From the NCBI GenBank assembly GCA_964016885.1, contig OZ024741.1:237956001-238020000 (forward strand): DNA of 64,000 nt, written 5' to 3'. Position 1 is the first letter of the stretch, and each line of letters starts with the position of its first letter. Made by a program: the position numbers and the translations under genes. Under the pieces are notes generated by a model that made no database searches, was not told the origin of the DNA, and was given only the letters and a program-made list of their open reading frames with translations. This DNA comes from Eledone cirrhosa (Eukaryota). Positions 24,901 through 36,915 of this stretch are shown piece after piece.

Positions 24901-27900
24901 GGTATTGGTGTTCTTGTTGGTGTTGGTGGTATTGGTGTTGGTGGTGGTGCTGGTGGTATTGGTGATGTTGGTGGTGTTGGTATTGGTGTTGTTGGTGGTG
25001 TTGGTGGTATTGGTGTTGTTGTTGGTGTTGGTGGTATTGGTGTTGTTGGTGGTGTTGGTGGTATTGGTGTTGTTGGTGGTGCTGGTGGTATTGGTGATGT
25101 TGGTGGTGCTGGTGGTATTGGTGGTATTGGTGATGTTGTTGGTGTTGGTGGTATTGGTGTTGTTGGTGGTGTTGGTGGTATTGGTGTTGTTGGTGGTGCT
25201 GGTGGTATTGGTGTTGTTGGTGGTGTTGGTGGTATTGGTGTTGTTGGTGGTATTGGTGGTATTGGTGTTGTTGGTGGTGTTGGTGGTATTGGTGTTGGTG
25301 GTGGTGCTGGTGGTATTGGTGATGTTGGTGGTGTTGGTGGTATTACTGTTGTTGGTGGTGCCGGTGGTATTGGTGTTGTCGTTGGTGTTGGTGGTATTGG
25401 TGTTGTTATTGGTGTTGGTGGTATTGGTGTTGTTGGTGGTGTTGGTGGTATTGGTGTTGTTGGTGCTGGTGGTATTGGTGTTGTTGGTGGTGTTGGTGGT
25501 ATTGGTGTTGTTGGTGGTGGTGGTGGTATTGGTGTTGTTATTGGTGTTGTTGGTATTGGTGTTGTTGTTGGTGTTGGTGGTATTGGTGTTGTTGGTGGTG
25601 TTGGTGGTATTGGTGTTGTTGGTGCTGGTGGTATTGGTGTTGTTGGTGGTGTTGGTGGTATTGGTGTTGTTGGTGGTGGTGGTGGTATTGGTGTTGTTGT
25701 TGGTGTTGGTGGTATTGGTGTTGTTGGTGGTGTTGGTGGTATTGGTGTTGGTGGTGCTGGTGGTATTGGTGGTATTGGTGTTGTTGTTGGTGTTGGTGGT
25801 ATTGGTGATGTTGGTGGTGTTGGTGGTATTGGTGTTGTTGGTGTTGGTGGTATTGGTGATGTTGGTGGTGTTGGTGGTTTTTGGTGTTGTTGGTGGTGTT
25901 GGTGGTATTGGTGTTGTTGGTGGTGTTGGTGGTATTGGTGATGTTGGTGTTGTTGGTGGTATTGGTGTTGTTGGTGTTGGTGGTATTGGTGATGTTGGTG
26001 GTGTTGGTGGTTTTTGGTGTTGTTGGTGGTGTTGGTGGTATTGGTGTTGTTGGTGGTGCTGGTGGTATTGGTGTTGTTGTTGGTGCTGGTGGTATTGGTG
26101 GTGTTGGTGTTGGTGGTATTGGTGTTGTTGGTGGTGGTGGTGGTATTGGTGTTGTTGGTGGTCCTGGTGGTATTGGTGTTGTTGGTGGTGTTGGTGGTAT
26201 TGGTGTTGTTGTTGGTGTTGGTGGTATTGGTGTTGTTGGTGGTGTTGGTGGTATTGGTGTTGTTGGTGGTGCTGGTGGTATTGGTGTTGTTGGTGGTGTT
26301 GGTGGTATTGGTGTTGTTGGTGGTGCTGGTGGTATTGGTGTTGTTGGTGGTGTTGGTGGTATTGGTGTTGTTGTTGGGGTTGGTGTTGGTGGTGTTGGTG
26401 TTGTTGGTGGTGTTGGTGGTATTGGTGTTGTTGGTGGTGTTGGTGGTATTGGTGTTGTTGTTGGTGTTGGTGGTATTTCTGTTGTTGGTGGTGCTGGTGG
26501 TATTGGTGTTGTTGGTGGTGTTGGTGGTATTGGTGTTGTTGGTGGTGTTGGTGGTATTTCTGTTGTTGGTGGTGCTGGTGGTATTGGTGTTGTTGTTGGT
26601 GCTGGTGGTATTGGTGTTGTTGGTGGTGCTGGTGGTATTGGTGTTGTTGGTGGTGTTGGTGGTATTGGTGTTCTTGTTGGTGTTGGTGGTATTGGTGTTG
26701 GTGGTGGTGCTGGTGGTATTGGTGATGTTGGTGGTGTTGGTATTGGTGTTGTTGGTGGTGTTGGTGGTATTGGTGTTGTTGTTGGTGTTGGTGGTATTGG
26801 TGTTGTTGGTGGTGTTGGTGGTATTGGTGTTGTTGGTGGTGCTGGTGGTATTGGTGATGTTGGTGGTGCTGGTGGTATTGGTGGTATTGGTGATGTTGTT
26901 GGTGTTGGTGGTATTGGTGTTGTTGGTGGTGTTGGTGGTATTGGTGTTGTTGGTGGTGCTGGTGGTATTGGTGTTGTTGGTGGTGTTGGTGGTATTGGTG
27001 TTGTTGGTGGTATTGGTGGTATTGGTGTTGTTGGTGGTGTTGGTGGTATTGGTGTTGGTGGTGGTGCTGGTGGTATTGGTGATGTTGGTGGTGTTGGTGG
27101 TATTACTGTTGTTGGTGGTGCCGGTGGTATTGGTGTTGTCGTTGGTGTTGGTGGTATTGGTGTTGTTATTGGTGTTGGTGGTATTGGTGTTGTTGGTGGT
27201 GTTGGTGGTATTGGTGTTGTTGGTGCTGGTGGTATTGGTGTTGTTGGTGGTGTTGGTGGTATTGGTGTTGTTGGTGGTGGTGGTGGTATTGGTGTTGTTA
27301 TTGGTGTTGTTGGTATTGGTGTTGTTGTTGGTGTTGGTGGTATTGGTGTTGTTGGTGGTGTTGGTGGTATTGGTGTTGTTGGTGCTGGTGGTATTGGTGT
27401 TGTTGGTGGTGTTGGTGGTATTGGTGTTGTTGGTGGTGGTGGTGGTATTGGTGTTGTTGTTGGTGGTGGTGGTATTGGTGTTGTTGGTGGTGTTGGTGGT
27501 ATTGGTGTTGTTGTTGGTGTTGGTGATATTGGTGATGTTGGTGGTGTTGGTGGTATTGGTGTTGTTGGTGGTGTTGGTGGTATTGGTGTTGGTGGTGCTG
27601 GTGGTATTGGTGGTATTGGTGTTGTTGTTGGTGTTGGTGGTATTGGTGATGTTGGTGGTGTTGGTGGTATTGGTGGTATTGGTGATGTTGTTGGTGTTGG
27701 TGGTATTGGTGTTGGTGGTGCTGGTGGTATTGGTGGTATTGGTGTTGTTGGTGGTGTTGGTGGTATTGGTGTTGTTGGTGGTGTTGGTGGTTTTTGGTGT
27801 TGGTGGTATTGGTGATGTTGGTGGTGTTGGTGGTTTTTGGTGTTGTTGGTGGTGTTGGTGGTATTGGTGTTGTTGGTGGTGTTGGTGGTATTGGTGATGT

Positions 27901-30900
27901 TGGTGTTGTTGGTGGTATTGGTGTTGTTGGTGTTGGTGGTATTGGTGATGTTGGTGGTGTTGGTGGTTTTTGGTGTTGTTGGTGGTGTTGGTGGTATTGG
28001 TGTTGTTGGTGGTGTTGGTGGTATTGGTGTTGTTGTTGGTGCTGGTGGTATTGGTGGTGTTGGTGTTGGTGGTATTGGTGTTGTTGGTGGTGGTGGTGGT
28101 ATTGGTGTTGTTGGTGGTCCTGGTGGTATTGGTGTTGTTGGTGGTGTTGGTGGTATTGGTGTTGTTGTTGGTGTTGGTGGTATTGGTGTTGTTGGTGGTG
28201 TTGGTGGTATTGGTGTTGTTGGTGGTGCTGGTGGTATTGGTGTTGTTGGTGGTGTTGGTGGTATTGGTGTTGTTGGTGGTGCTGGTGGTATTGGTGTTGT
28301 TGGTGGTGTTGGTGGTATTGGTGTTGTTGTTGGGGTTGGTGTTGGTGGTGTTGGTGTTGTTGGTGGTGTTGGTGGTATTGGTGTTGTTGGTGGTGTTGGT
28401 GGTATTGGTGTTGTTGTTGGGGTTGGTGTTGGTGGTGTTGGTGTTGTTGGTGGTGTTGGTGGTATTGGTGTTGTTGTTGGTGCTGGTGGTATTGGTGTTG
28501 TTGGTGGTGTTGACGGTATTGGTGTTGTTGGTGGTGTTGGTGGTATTGGTGTTGTTGGTGGTGCTGGTGGTATTGGTGTTGTTGGTGTTGCTGGTGGTAT
28601 TGGTGTTGTTGGTGGTGCTGGTGGTATTGGTGTTGTTGGTGGTGTTGGTCGTATTGGTGTTGTTGGTGGTGTTGGTGGTATTGGTGTTGTTGTTGGTGTT
28701 GGTGGTATTGGTGTTGTTGGTGGTGCTGGTGGTATTGGTGTTGTTGGTGGTGTTGGTGGTATTGGTGTTGTTGGTAGTGTTGGTGGTATTGGTGTTGTTG
28801 TTGGTGTTGGTGGTATTGGTGTTGTTGTTGGTGTTGGTGGTATTGGTGTTGTTGTTGGTGCTGGTGGTATTGGTGATGTTGGTGCTGGTGGTATTGGTGT
28901 TGTTGGTGGTGCTGGTGGTATTGGTGTTGTTGGTGGTGCTGGTGGTATTGGTGTTGTTGTTGGTGTTGGTGGTATTGGTGTTGTTGTTGGTGCTGGTGGT
29001 ATTAGTGTTGTTGTTGGTGTTGGTGGTATTGGTGTTGTTGGTGGTGCTGGTGGTATTTGTGTTGTTGGTGGTGCTGGTGGTATTGGTGTTGTTGTTGGTG
29101 TTGGTGGTATTGGTGTTGTTGTTGGTGCTGGTGGTATTGGTGTTGTTGGTGGTGCTGGTGGTATTGGTGTTGTTGGTGGTGCTGGTGGTATTGGTGTTGT
29201 TGTTGGTGCTGGTGGTATTGGTGATGTTGGTGGTGCTGGTGGTATTGGTGGTATTGGTGGTGTTGGTGGTATTGGTGTTGTTGGTGGTGTTGGTGGTATT
29301 TCTGTTGTTGGTGGTGTTGGTTGTATTGGTGTTGTTGGTGGTGTTGGTGGTATTTCTGTTGTTGGTGGTGCTGGTGGTATTGGTGTTGTTGGTGGTGCTG
29401 GTGGTATTGGTGTTGTTGGTGGTGTTGGTGGTATTGGTGTTGTTGGTGGTGTTGGTGGTATTGGTGTTGTTGGTGGTGTTGGTGGTATTGGTGTTGTTGG
29501 TGGTGGTGGTGTTATCGGTGTTGTTGGTGGTGTTGGTCGTATTGGTGTTGTTGTTGGTGTTGGTGGTATTGCTCTTGTTGGTGGTGTTAGTGGTATTGGT
29601 GTTGTTGGTGGTGCTGGTGGTATTGGTGTTGTTGTTGGTGTTGGTGGTATTGGTGTTGTTGGTGGTGTTGGTGGTATTTCTGTTGTTGGTGGTGCTGGTG
29701 GTATTGGTGTTGTTGGTGGTGCTGGTGGTATTGGTGTTGTTGGTGGTGCTGGTGGTATTGGTGTTGTTGGTGGTGTTGGTGGTATTGGTGTTGTTGGTGG
29801 TGTTGGTGGTATTGGTGTTGTTGGTGGTGTTGGTGGTATTGGTGTTGTTGGTGGTGTTGGTGGTATTGGTGTTGTTGGTGGTGCTGGTGGTATTGGTGTT
29901 GTTGGTGGTGTTGGTGGTATTGGTGTTGTTGGTGGTGTTGGTGGTATTGGTGTTGTTGGTGGTGTTGGTGGTATTGGTGTTATTGGTGGTGCTGGTGGTA
30001 TTGGTGTTGTTGGTGGTATTGGTGGTATTGGTGTTGTTGGTGGTGTTGGTGGTATTGGTGTTGTTGGTGGTGTTGGTGGTATTGGTGTTGTTGGTGCTGG
30101 TGGTATTGGTGTTGTTGGTGGTGCTGGTGGTATTGGTGTTGTCGGTGGTGCTGGTGGTATTGGTGTTGTTGGTGGTGTTGGTGGTATTTGTGTTGTTGGT
30201 GGTGTTGGTGGTATTGGTGTTGTTGGTGGTGTTGGTGGTATTTGTATTGTTGGTGGTGTTGGTGGTATTGTTGTTGTTGGTGGTGCTGGTGGTATTGGTG
30301 TTGTTGGTGGTGCTGGTGGTATTGGTGTTGTTGGTGCTGGTGGTATTGGTGTTGTTGGGGGTGCTGGTGGTATTGGTGTTGTTGGTGGTGCTGGTGGTAT
30401 CGGTGTTGTTGGTGGTGTTGGTGGTATTGGTGTTGTTGGTGCTGGTGGTATTGGTGTTGTTGGTGGTGTTGGTGGTATTGGTGTTGTTGGTGCTGGTGGT
30501 ATTGGTGTTGTTGGTGGTGTTGGTGGTATTGGTGTTGTTGGTGGTGTTGGTGGCATTGGTGTTGTTGGTGGTGCTGGTGGTATTTCTGTTGTTGGTGGTG
30601 CTGGTGGTATTGGTGTTGTTGTTGGTGCTGGTGGTATTGGTGTTGTTGGTGCTGGTGGTATTGGTGTTGTTGGTGGTGTTGGTGGTATTTCTGTTGTTGG
30701 TGGTGCTGGTGGTATTGGTGATGTTGGTGGTGTTGGTGGTATTGGTGTTGTTGGTGGTGTTGGTGGCATTGGTGTTGTTGGTGGTATTGGTGTTGTTGGT
30801 GGTGTTGGTGGTATTGGTGTTGTTGTTGGTGCTGGTGGTATTGGTGTTGTTGTTGGTGTTGGTGGTATTGGTGTTGTTGGTGGTGCTGGTGGTATTGGTG

Positions 30901-33455
30901 TTGTTGGTGGTGCTGGTGGTATTGGTGTTGTTGGTGGTGTTGGTGGTATTGGTGTTGTTGGTGGTGTTGGTGGTATTGGTGTTGTTGGTGGGGTTGGTGG
31001 TATTGGTGTTGTTGTTGGTGTTGGTGGTATTGGTGTTGTTGGTGGTGTTGGTGGTATTTCTGTTGTTGGTGGTGTTGGTGGTATTTCTGTTGTTGTTGGT
31101 GTTGGTGGTATTGGTGTTGTTGGAGGTGTTCGTGGTATTGGTGTTGTTGGTGGTGCTGGTGGTATTTCTGTTGTTGGTGGTGCTGGTGGTATTGGTGTTG
31201 TTGTTGGTGCTGGTGGTATTGGTGTTGTTGGTGCTGGTGGTATTGGTGTTGTTGGTGGTGTTGGTGGTATTTCTGTTGTTGGTGGTGCTGGTGGTATTGG
31301 TGATGTTGGTGGTGTTGGTGGTATTGGTGTTGTTGGTGGTGTTGGTGGCATTGGTGTTGTTGGTGGTGCTGGTGGTATTGGTGTTGTTGGTGGTGTTGGT
31401 GGTATCGGTGTTGTTGGAGGTGTTCGTGGTATTGGTGTTGTTGGTGGTGCTGGTGGTATTTCTGTTGTTGGTGGTGCTGGTGGTATTGGTGTTGTTGTTG
31501 GTGCTGGTGGTATTGGTGTTGTTGGTGCTGGTGGTATTGGTGTTGTTGGTGGTGTTGGTGGTATTTCTGTTGTTGGTGGTGCTGGTGGTATTGGTGTTGT
31601 TGTTGGTGCTGGTGGTATTGGTGTTGTTGGTGCTGGTGGTATTGGTGTTGTTGGTGGTGTTGGTGGTATTTCTGTTGTTGGTGGTGCTGGTGGTATTGGT
31701 GTTGTTGGTGCTGGTGGTATTGGTGTTGTTGGTGGTGTTGGTGGTATTTCTGTTGTTGGTGGTGCTGGTGGTATTGGTGTTGTTGTTGGTGCTGGTGGTA
31801 TTGGTGTTGTTGGTGCTGGTGGTATTGGTGTTGTTGGTGGTGTTGGTGGTATTTCTGTTGTTGGTGGTGCTGGTGGTATTGGTGTTGTTGTTGGTGCTGG
31901 TGGTATTGGTGTTGTTGGTGCTGGTGGTATTGGTGTTGTTGGTGGTGTTGGTGGTATTTCTGTTGTTGGTGGTGCTGGTGGTATTGGTGATGTTGGTGGT
32001 GTTGGTGGTATTGGTGTTGTTGGTGGTGTTGGTGGTATTGGTGTTGTTGGTGGTGCTGGTGGTATTTCTGTTGTTGGTGGTGCTGGTGGTATTGCTGTTG
32101 TTGTTGGTGCTGGTGGTATTGGTGTTGTTGGTGCTGGTGGTATTGGTGTTGTTGGTGGTGTTGGTGGTATTTCTGTTGTTGGTGGTGCTGGTGGTATTGG
32201 TGATGTTGGTGGTGTTGGTGGTATTGGTGTTGTTGGTGGTGTTGGTGGCATTGGTGTTGTTGGTGGTGCTGGTGGTATTGGTGTTGTTGGTGGTGTTGGT
32301 GGTATTGGTGTTGTTGTTGGTGCTGGTGGTATTGGTGTTGTTGTTGGTGTTGGTGGTATTGGTGTTGTTGGTGGTGCTGGTGGTATTGGTGTTGTTGGTG
32401 GTGCTGGTGGTATTGGTGTTGTTGGTGGTGTTGGTGGTATTGGTGTTGTTGGTGGTGTTGGTGGTATTGGTGTTGTTGGTGGGGTTGGTGGTATTGGTGT
32501 TGTTGTTGGTGTTGGTGGTATTGGTGTTGTTGGTGGTGTTGGTGGTATTTCTGTTGTTGGTGGTGTTGGTGGTATTTCTGTTGTTGTTGGTGTTGGTGGT
32601 ATTGGTGTTGTTGGTGGTGTTGGTGTTATTGGTGTTGTTGGTGGTGTTGGTGGTATTTCTGTTGTTGTTGTTGGTGGTATTGGTGTTGTTGGTGGTGTTG
32701 GTGGTATTGGTGTTGTTGTTGGTGTTGGTGGTATTGGTGTTGTTGATAGTGTTGGTGGTATTGGTGTTGTTGGTGGTGCTGGTGGTATTTCTGTTGTTGG
32801 TGGTGTTGGTGGTATTTCTGTTGTTGGTGGTGCTGGTGGTATTGGTGTTGTTGGTGGTGCTGGTGGTATTTCTGTTGTTGGTGGTGCTGGTGGTATTGGT
32901 GTTGTTGGTGGTGCTGGTGGTATTTCTGTTGTTGGTGGTGCTGGTGGTATTTCTGTTGTTGGTGGTGTTGGTGGTATTTCTGTTGTTGGTGGTGTTGGTG
33001 GTATTTCTGTTGTTGGTGGTGCTGGTGGTATTGGTGTTGTTGGTGGTGCTGGTGGTATTTCTGTTGTTGGTGGTGCTGGTGGTATTTCTGTTGTTGGTGG
33101 TGCTGGTGGTATTTCTGTTGTTGGTGGTGCTGGTGGTATTTCTGTTGTTGGTGGTGTTGGTGGTATTTCTGTTGTTGGTGGTGTTGGTGGTATTTCTGTT
33201 GTTGGTGGTGTTGGTGGTATTTCTGTTGTTGGTGGTGTTGGTGGTATTTCTATTGTTGGTGGTGTTGGTGGTATTGGTGTTGTTGGTGGTGTTGGTGGTA
33301 TTGGTGTTGTTGTTGGTGCTGGTGGTATTTCTGTTGTTGGTGGTGCTGGTGGTATTGGTGTTGTTGTTATTAGTGGTATTGGTGTCGTTGTTATTAGTGG
33401 TATTGGTGTTGTTGTTATTAGTGGTGTTGGTGTTGTTGTTATTAGTGGTGTTGGG
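9909..33455. repeat. 27-bp triplet-based minisatellite, consensus GGTGGTATTGGTGTTGTTGGTGGTG(T/C)T, with 24-bp and other length variants, roughly 900 units
   Basis: ATT recurs every 27 (or 24) nt across 23.5 kb. It translates as 9-aa periodic GGIGVVGGV, PPTTPIPPT or TTNNTNTTN depending on frame and strand. Confidence 0.98.
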
Positions 33456-33624
33456 GTTAGTTGTGATGGGGTGTGTTGTGTGTGAGTGGGGAATGCTATA
33501 CATTCTCTCTCTTCTCCTTTCTAAACAAATCCATAAAAAACAAACTGAGAAAAAAATCAAAATAAATACGATGCAAATAAAATTGAATTCCTCAAATTGT
33601 TTTTAAGTTGAACATTATTACTAT

Positions 33625-33743
33625 TTCAAATCCCGCTGAGGTTAACTTTGCCTTTCATCCTTACGGGGTCGATCAAATAAAGTACCAGTAATGCACTGGG
33701 TAATTGCTGGCCTTGTGCCTAAAGTAGAAACAATTATTACTAT
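33625..33743 (+). mobile_element. 5'-truncated tRNA-derived SINE (family A)
   Basis: TTCAAATCCCGCTGAGGTTAACTTTGCCTTTCATCCTTACGGGGTCGAT...GTAGAAACAATTATTA is nearly identical to 38180-38297. ATTATTACTATT occurs on both sides (possible TSD). Confidence 0.85.
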
Positions 33744-33759
33744 TGTTGTTGGTGTTGTT

Positions 33760-34130
33760 GAGCCAGGTCAGCCCAAATAGAGGACACCTATGAAAATTCT
33801 GTCTTTTTAGGGTTGTCTGGGACTACAGTATCCAATGTGTCCTTTAATTTCCCCTGTGAATATAAACTGTGATTTGAAGGACATTTAGTTGCCTCCATCA
33901 TTTCCCTTGAGAAATTAAGGTGTGATTTGGCTGCTATTTCTAGCTGACAGAACAACCAGGTATAGGCTTCATCGTTGATTTAAATGTTGTTGCTATTGTT
34001 ATTATTTAGCCCCAGGTCAGTCTTGATTGAAAAGACCTTGTGATGAAAGTCATGCTGACCATAGCCATCCTCTGTTTTTAGAGATATTACAACTATGTTA
34101 TCCAATATGTTCTTTCCTTTCTCAAGATAA
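33760..34130. repeat. Two degraded copies of a dispersed repeat (family C)
   Basis: CCAGGTCAG...ACTA...TATCCAAT(G/A)TGT occurs twice. TTTGGCTGCTATTTCTA is shared with 58478-58575, and an inverted degraded copy lies at about 62915-63060. Confidence 0.5.
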
Positions 34131-34194
34131 CAACAACAAACAAATTCTATTATCTTATGACAAAATAAATAAATAAATAAAGATTTAGGTCAAT

Positions 34195-34373
34195 GGATTG
34201 GCTGAATCATTAGAGCTCCAGATAAAAGGATTTGTACTATTTGGTTACAATTCTTTATGTTCTGAGTTCAAATCCTGCCAGTAAAGCACCAGTAAATGTA
34301 CTGCGGTCGATTTAATAGACTTTCTCCTTCCCTTCAAATTGCTGACCATGTGCCAAATGTAGAAACAATTATT
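34195..34373 (+). mobile_element. Degraded SINE family A copy
   Basis: GATTGGCTGAATCATTAG head, B-box GAGTTCAAATCC and 3' end TTGCTGACCATGTGCCAAATGTAGAAACAATTATT match the copy at 38108-38297. Confidence 0.7.
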
Positions 34374-34504
34374 TTGGGGCAATCTTAGGACAAATTCTAT
34401 ATTAGGACAAAACAAAGAAAGAAATAAAGCAAGTAGAAATCATTATTTTAGGACAAATTGAGGTGTTCAAAGATCAAATTGGGACAACATGTAGCTGTGT
34501 CCAT

Positions 34505-34787
34505 TACTATAGGTGTGGGAACAGTGTAATGGCAACACTAAAGGTATACGAACATCACAATAGGTGTAAGAATGGCACTGTAGGTGTAAGAACACCACTA
34601 TAGGTGTAATAATAGCACTACAGATGTAATAACACCACTATAAATATAAAAAGAGCACTATAGATGTAAGAACATCACTAAAGATATAAGACCACTACAG
34701 ATATAAGAGCATCACCATAGGTGTAAGAACAGCGCTATAGGTGTAAGAATGGTACTATAGGTGCATGATTACCACTACAGATATAAT
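34505..34787. repeat. Degenerate 20-bp minisatellite CACTATAGGTGTAAGAACAC, about 13 copies
   Basis: TAGGTGTAA occurs at 34561, 34581 and 34601, and the period continues in degenerate form. Confidence 0.85.
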
Positions 34788-34954
34788 CATTACTGGAAGA
34801 AGAAGAAGAAGAAGGTGTTTGATGCAGAGGTTCTATACATCACACATCTAGAACATTCCATAGAAACCATTCAATAAATATATAACAACAATATTTCACT
34901 AATCAATGGAATTCCAACATTCTTTTTATTTATTTGATCATCACTTTATATTTT

Positions 34955-35189
34955 TCAGCCCCTCCCCCTCTCTCTGTTTATCTTTCCTCTATTTCTTTCT
35001 CTTTCTTCTTTCCCTAACTTTCATTACACTTACTATTTCTCTTCCCACCTTCCCATTTTTCTCTCTCCTTATATTCTTCCTTCTCCCGTCTCTCTCCCAT
35101 CTTTCCATCTCTGCCTCTTTCCTTTCCCACATTTTCACTTATTTTCTTTCTCTTTTCCCCCTTTATATCTCTCATTCTTCTCTCTCTCT

Positions 35190-35247
<58 letters not shown>
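34955..35247. repeat. CT-rich low-complexity tract ending in (CT)n(TA)n
   Basis: Read directly from the sequence. Confidence 0.85.
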
Positions 35248-35329
35248 GTGATAGAACACTAGTGGGTTATATCCACAGTAGTAGAGCACTCAGTGTATGG
35301 GACAAGTTTGGTAGAAGTAGTTCCACAAC

Positions 35330-35605
35330 AGGATTCTTCAGCTGTGTCAAAGACATAACAACCTCTCTTCTGTGTTCAAATCTTGCTGACAACAACCTTA
35401 CCTTTCTGCAGCCCCTTCTTGGGTCAATAAAATAAGTACCTGTCATTGATTGGGACTCAGTTAACTCTTAACATCCTGTAATAGCAAAAAAGCAAGATGT
35501 AGGCCCCCGACCTGTCTGAGAGGTCAGTTAGCTCTGCTTATGTACTGATTTGGTCTATGAAGACCCATCCAACCTTTGCTAGCAGGGAAGACGGATGCTA
35601 AATAA
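35330..35605 (+). mobile_element. Short retroposon with an RTE-derived 3' tail (family B), interrupted by a family A-like SINE fragment at about 35370-35485
   Basis: It shares GGATTCTT.AGCTGTGTCAAAGACAT and TCTGAGAGGTCAG...GACCCA.CCAAC..TTGCTAGCAGGGAA with 61198-61405. The tail resembles the RTE 3' end at 36916-36983 (minus strand). Confidence 0.65.
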
Positions 35606-35619
35606 ATATATATATATAT

Positions 35620-36013
35620 ATTTATATACACACTCTCTGTAAAGTGGTTGGGGATAGAAATGGTGTCCAGCTATAGAAAATCTGATGTATATATATCTAT
35701 ATCTTTACATATATGTGTGTATGCATGCATGTATATATATATATATATATATATACATATATATACATATTAGTATATATATACTAATACTAGCATAGTA
35801 CCTGTTAAAAAATGATGTGGTTTATAGTAAAAAAATATCTAATTTAATGAGTCCTTGATTAAAACACTCTATGTAAAAATGCTTGAATCCTTGATTATCT
35901 TTGATCATCGCTCTGTTGCCACTCCAGTCATGGCACTATTACATTTTCCATTCACTTAAATCAATTACAATATTTTTCTTTCATGTATTCTTTAATCCTT
36001 ATCAAACATGTAT
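35620..36013. repeat. Left arm of a long inverted duplication
   Basis: 35801-36013 is the reverse complement of 37894-38107, and about 35620-35778 is the reverse complement of about 38300-38460, with few differences. Confidence 0.93.
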
Positions 36014-36062
36014 CCACTAAATTATGATCACCTTGTTTTATGTATCTATCAATCTGTCTGAC

Positions 36063-36759
36063 TGTGGCGCCTCCCCCCTATTGGGGATTTCGATTGTTAT
36101 AATTATTTGTTTCAATATTTTTACACGACTGTATGTAAAATCCCCGGCATGTGTCTTTATATTGTCCCCTTTTCTTGTGCGCCCTTGTGGCAAATAAAGA
36201 AATATATCTATCTTTATGTCAAGTCCATAGTAAGGATCAAACCGCCAGCCTCTTTCAAAAACGAAAGAGAGCCGGTTTTCCTCTGTACAGTGGTGAAAGA
36301 GGTCATATGGTGGACGAGATTGAGAGGACTGAAGACAGGTGCCTTTCTCTCTGGACAACAATTGATTCCCTTCTTTAAGTATCACTTTAGAAGGAGAATC
36401 AGAGTGGAGAGAGAGGCACTACACCCCAGTAAATTTACTGAAAGGTGGGTGAATGAAGTGAAAATGGGCTGAGTGATTGGGTCTTCTCTGTTTATAAGCC
36501 AGTAGGTCAAAGAAGAGAGCAAAAGGAAGAAGGGAGCACTTGCACAACACGCTCCTGAATATGAGGGTTGTGCTATCGACGGGGTATTAAACAACCCATT
36601 TGTGGCGCCTCCCCCCTATTGGGGATTTCGATTGTTATAATTGTTTGTTTCAATATTTTTACACGACTGTATGTAAAATCCCCGGCATGTGTCTTTGTAT
36701 TGTCCCCTTTTCTTGTGCGCCCTTGTGGCAAATAAAGAAATATATCTATCTTTATGTCA
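36063..36759 (+). mobile_element. Tx1/L1-like LINE 3' end: ORF2 C-terminal fragment (about 36221-36472) plus 3' UTR, with the terminal 158 bp duplicated upstream
   Basis: 36063-36220 and 36602-36759 are direct repeats with 2 mismatches, each ending AATAAAGAAATATATCTATCTTTATGTCA. The peptide KEVIWWTRLRGL...FFKYHFRRRIRVERE...FTERW resembles Tx1-clade ORF2 C-termini (from recall). Confidence 0.6.
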
Positions 36760-36915
36760 GAAAATAGATACATTGGTAAATAGATCACTATAAATTGACA
36801 ATTAGACAGATAGATAGGTAGATAGATATGAAAGCAGGCAGGCATACAGGTAGACAGACATATATATACACACACATCTATCTATCTATCTATATATATG
36901 TGTGTGTATATATAT

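Noticed and set aside
10114-33352. Very many Chi octamers GCTGGTGG
   Set aside because: They are a by-product of the GCT variant in GGT repeats, and RecBCD is irrelevant in an animal genome.
33440-33480. GGGGTTAG telomere-like motif at the array edge
   Set aside because: It is a single degenerate occurrence with no TTAGGG array.
8656-33606. Giant Val/Leu, Gly-rich, Trp/Cys and Pro/Thr ORFs (elastin-, silk- or extensin-like)
   Set aside because: All six frames are largely open, frameshifts swap registers freely, and there are no unique domains or convincing gene structure.
36063-36759. TRIM or mini LTR retrotransposon interpretation
   Set aside because: There is no TSD (CTGAC vs GAAAA) and no clear PPT, and the interior resembles a LINE ORF2 end. 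It is kept only as an alternative.
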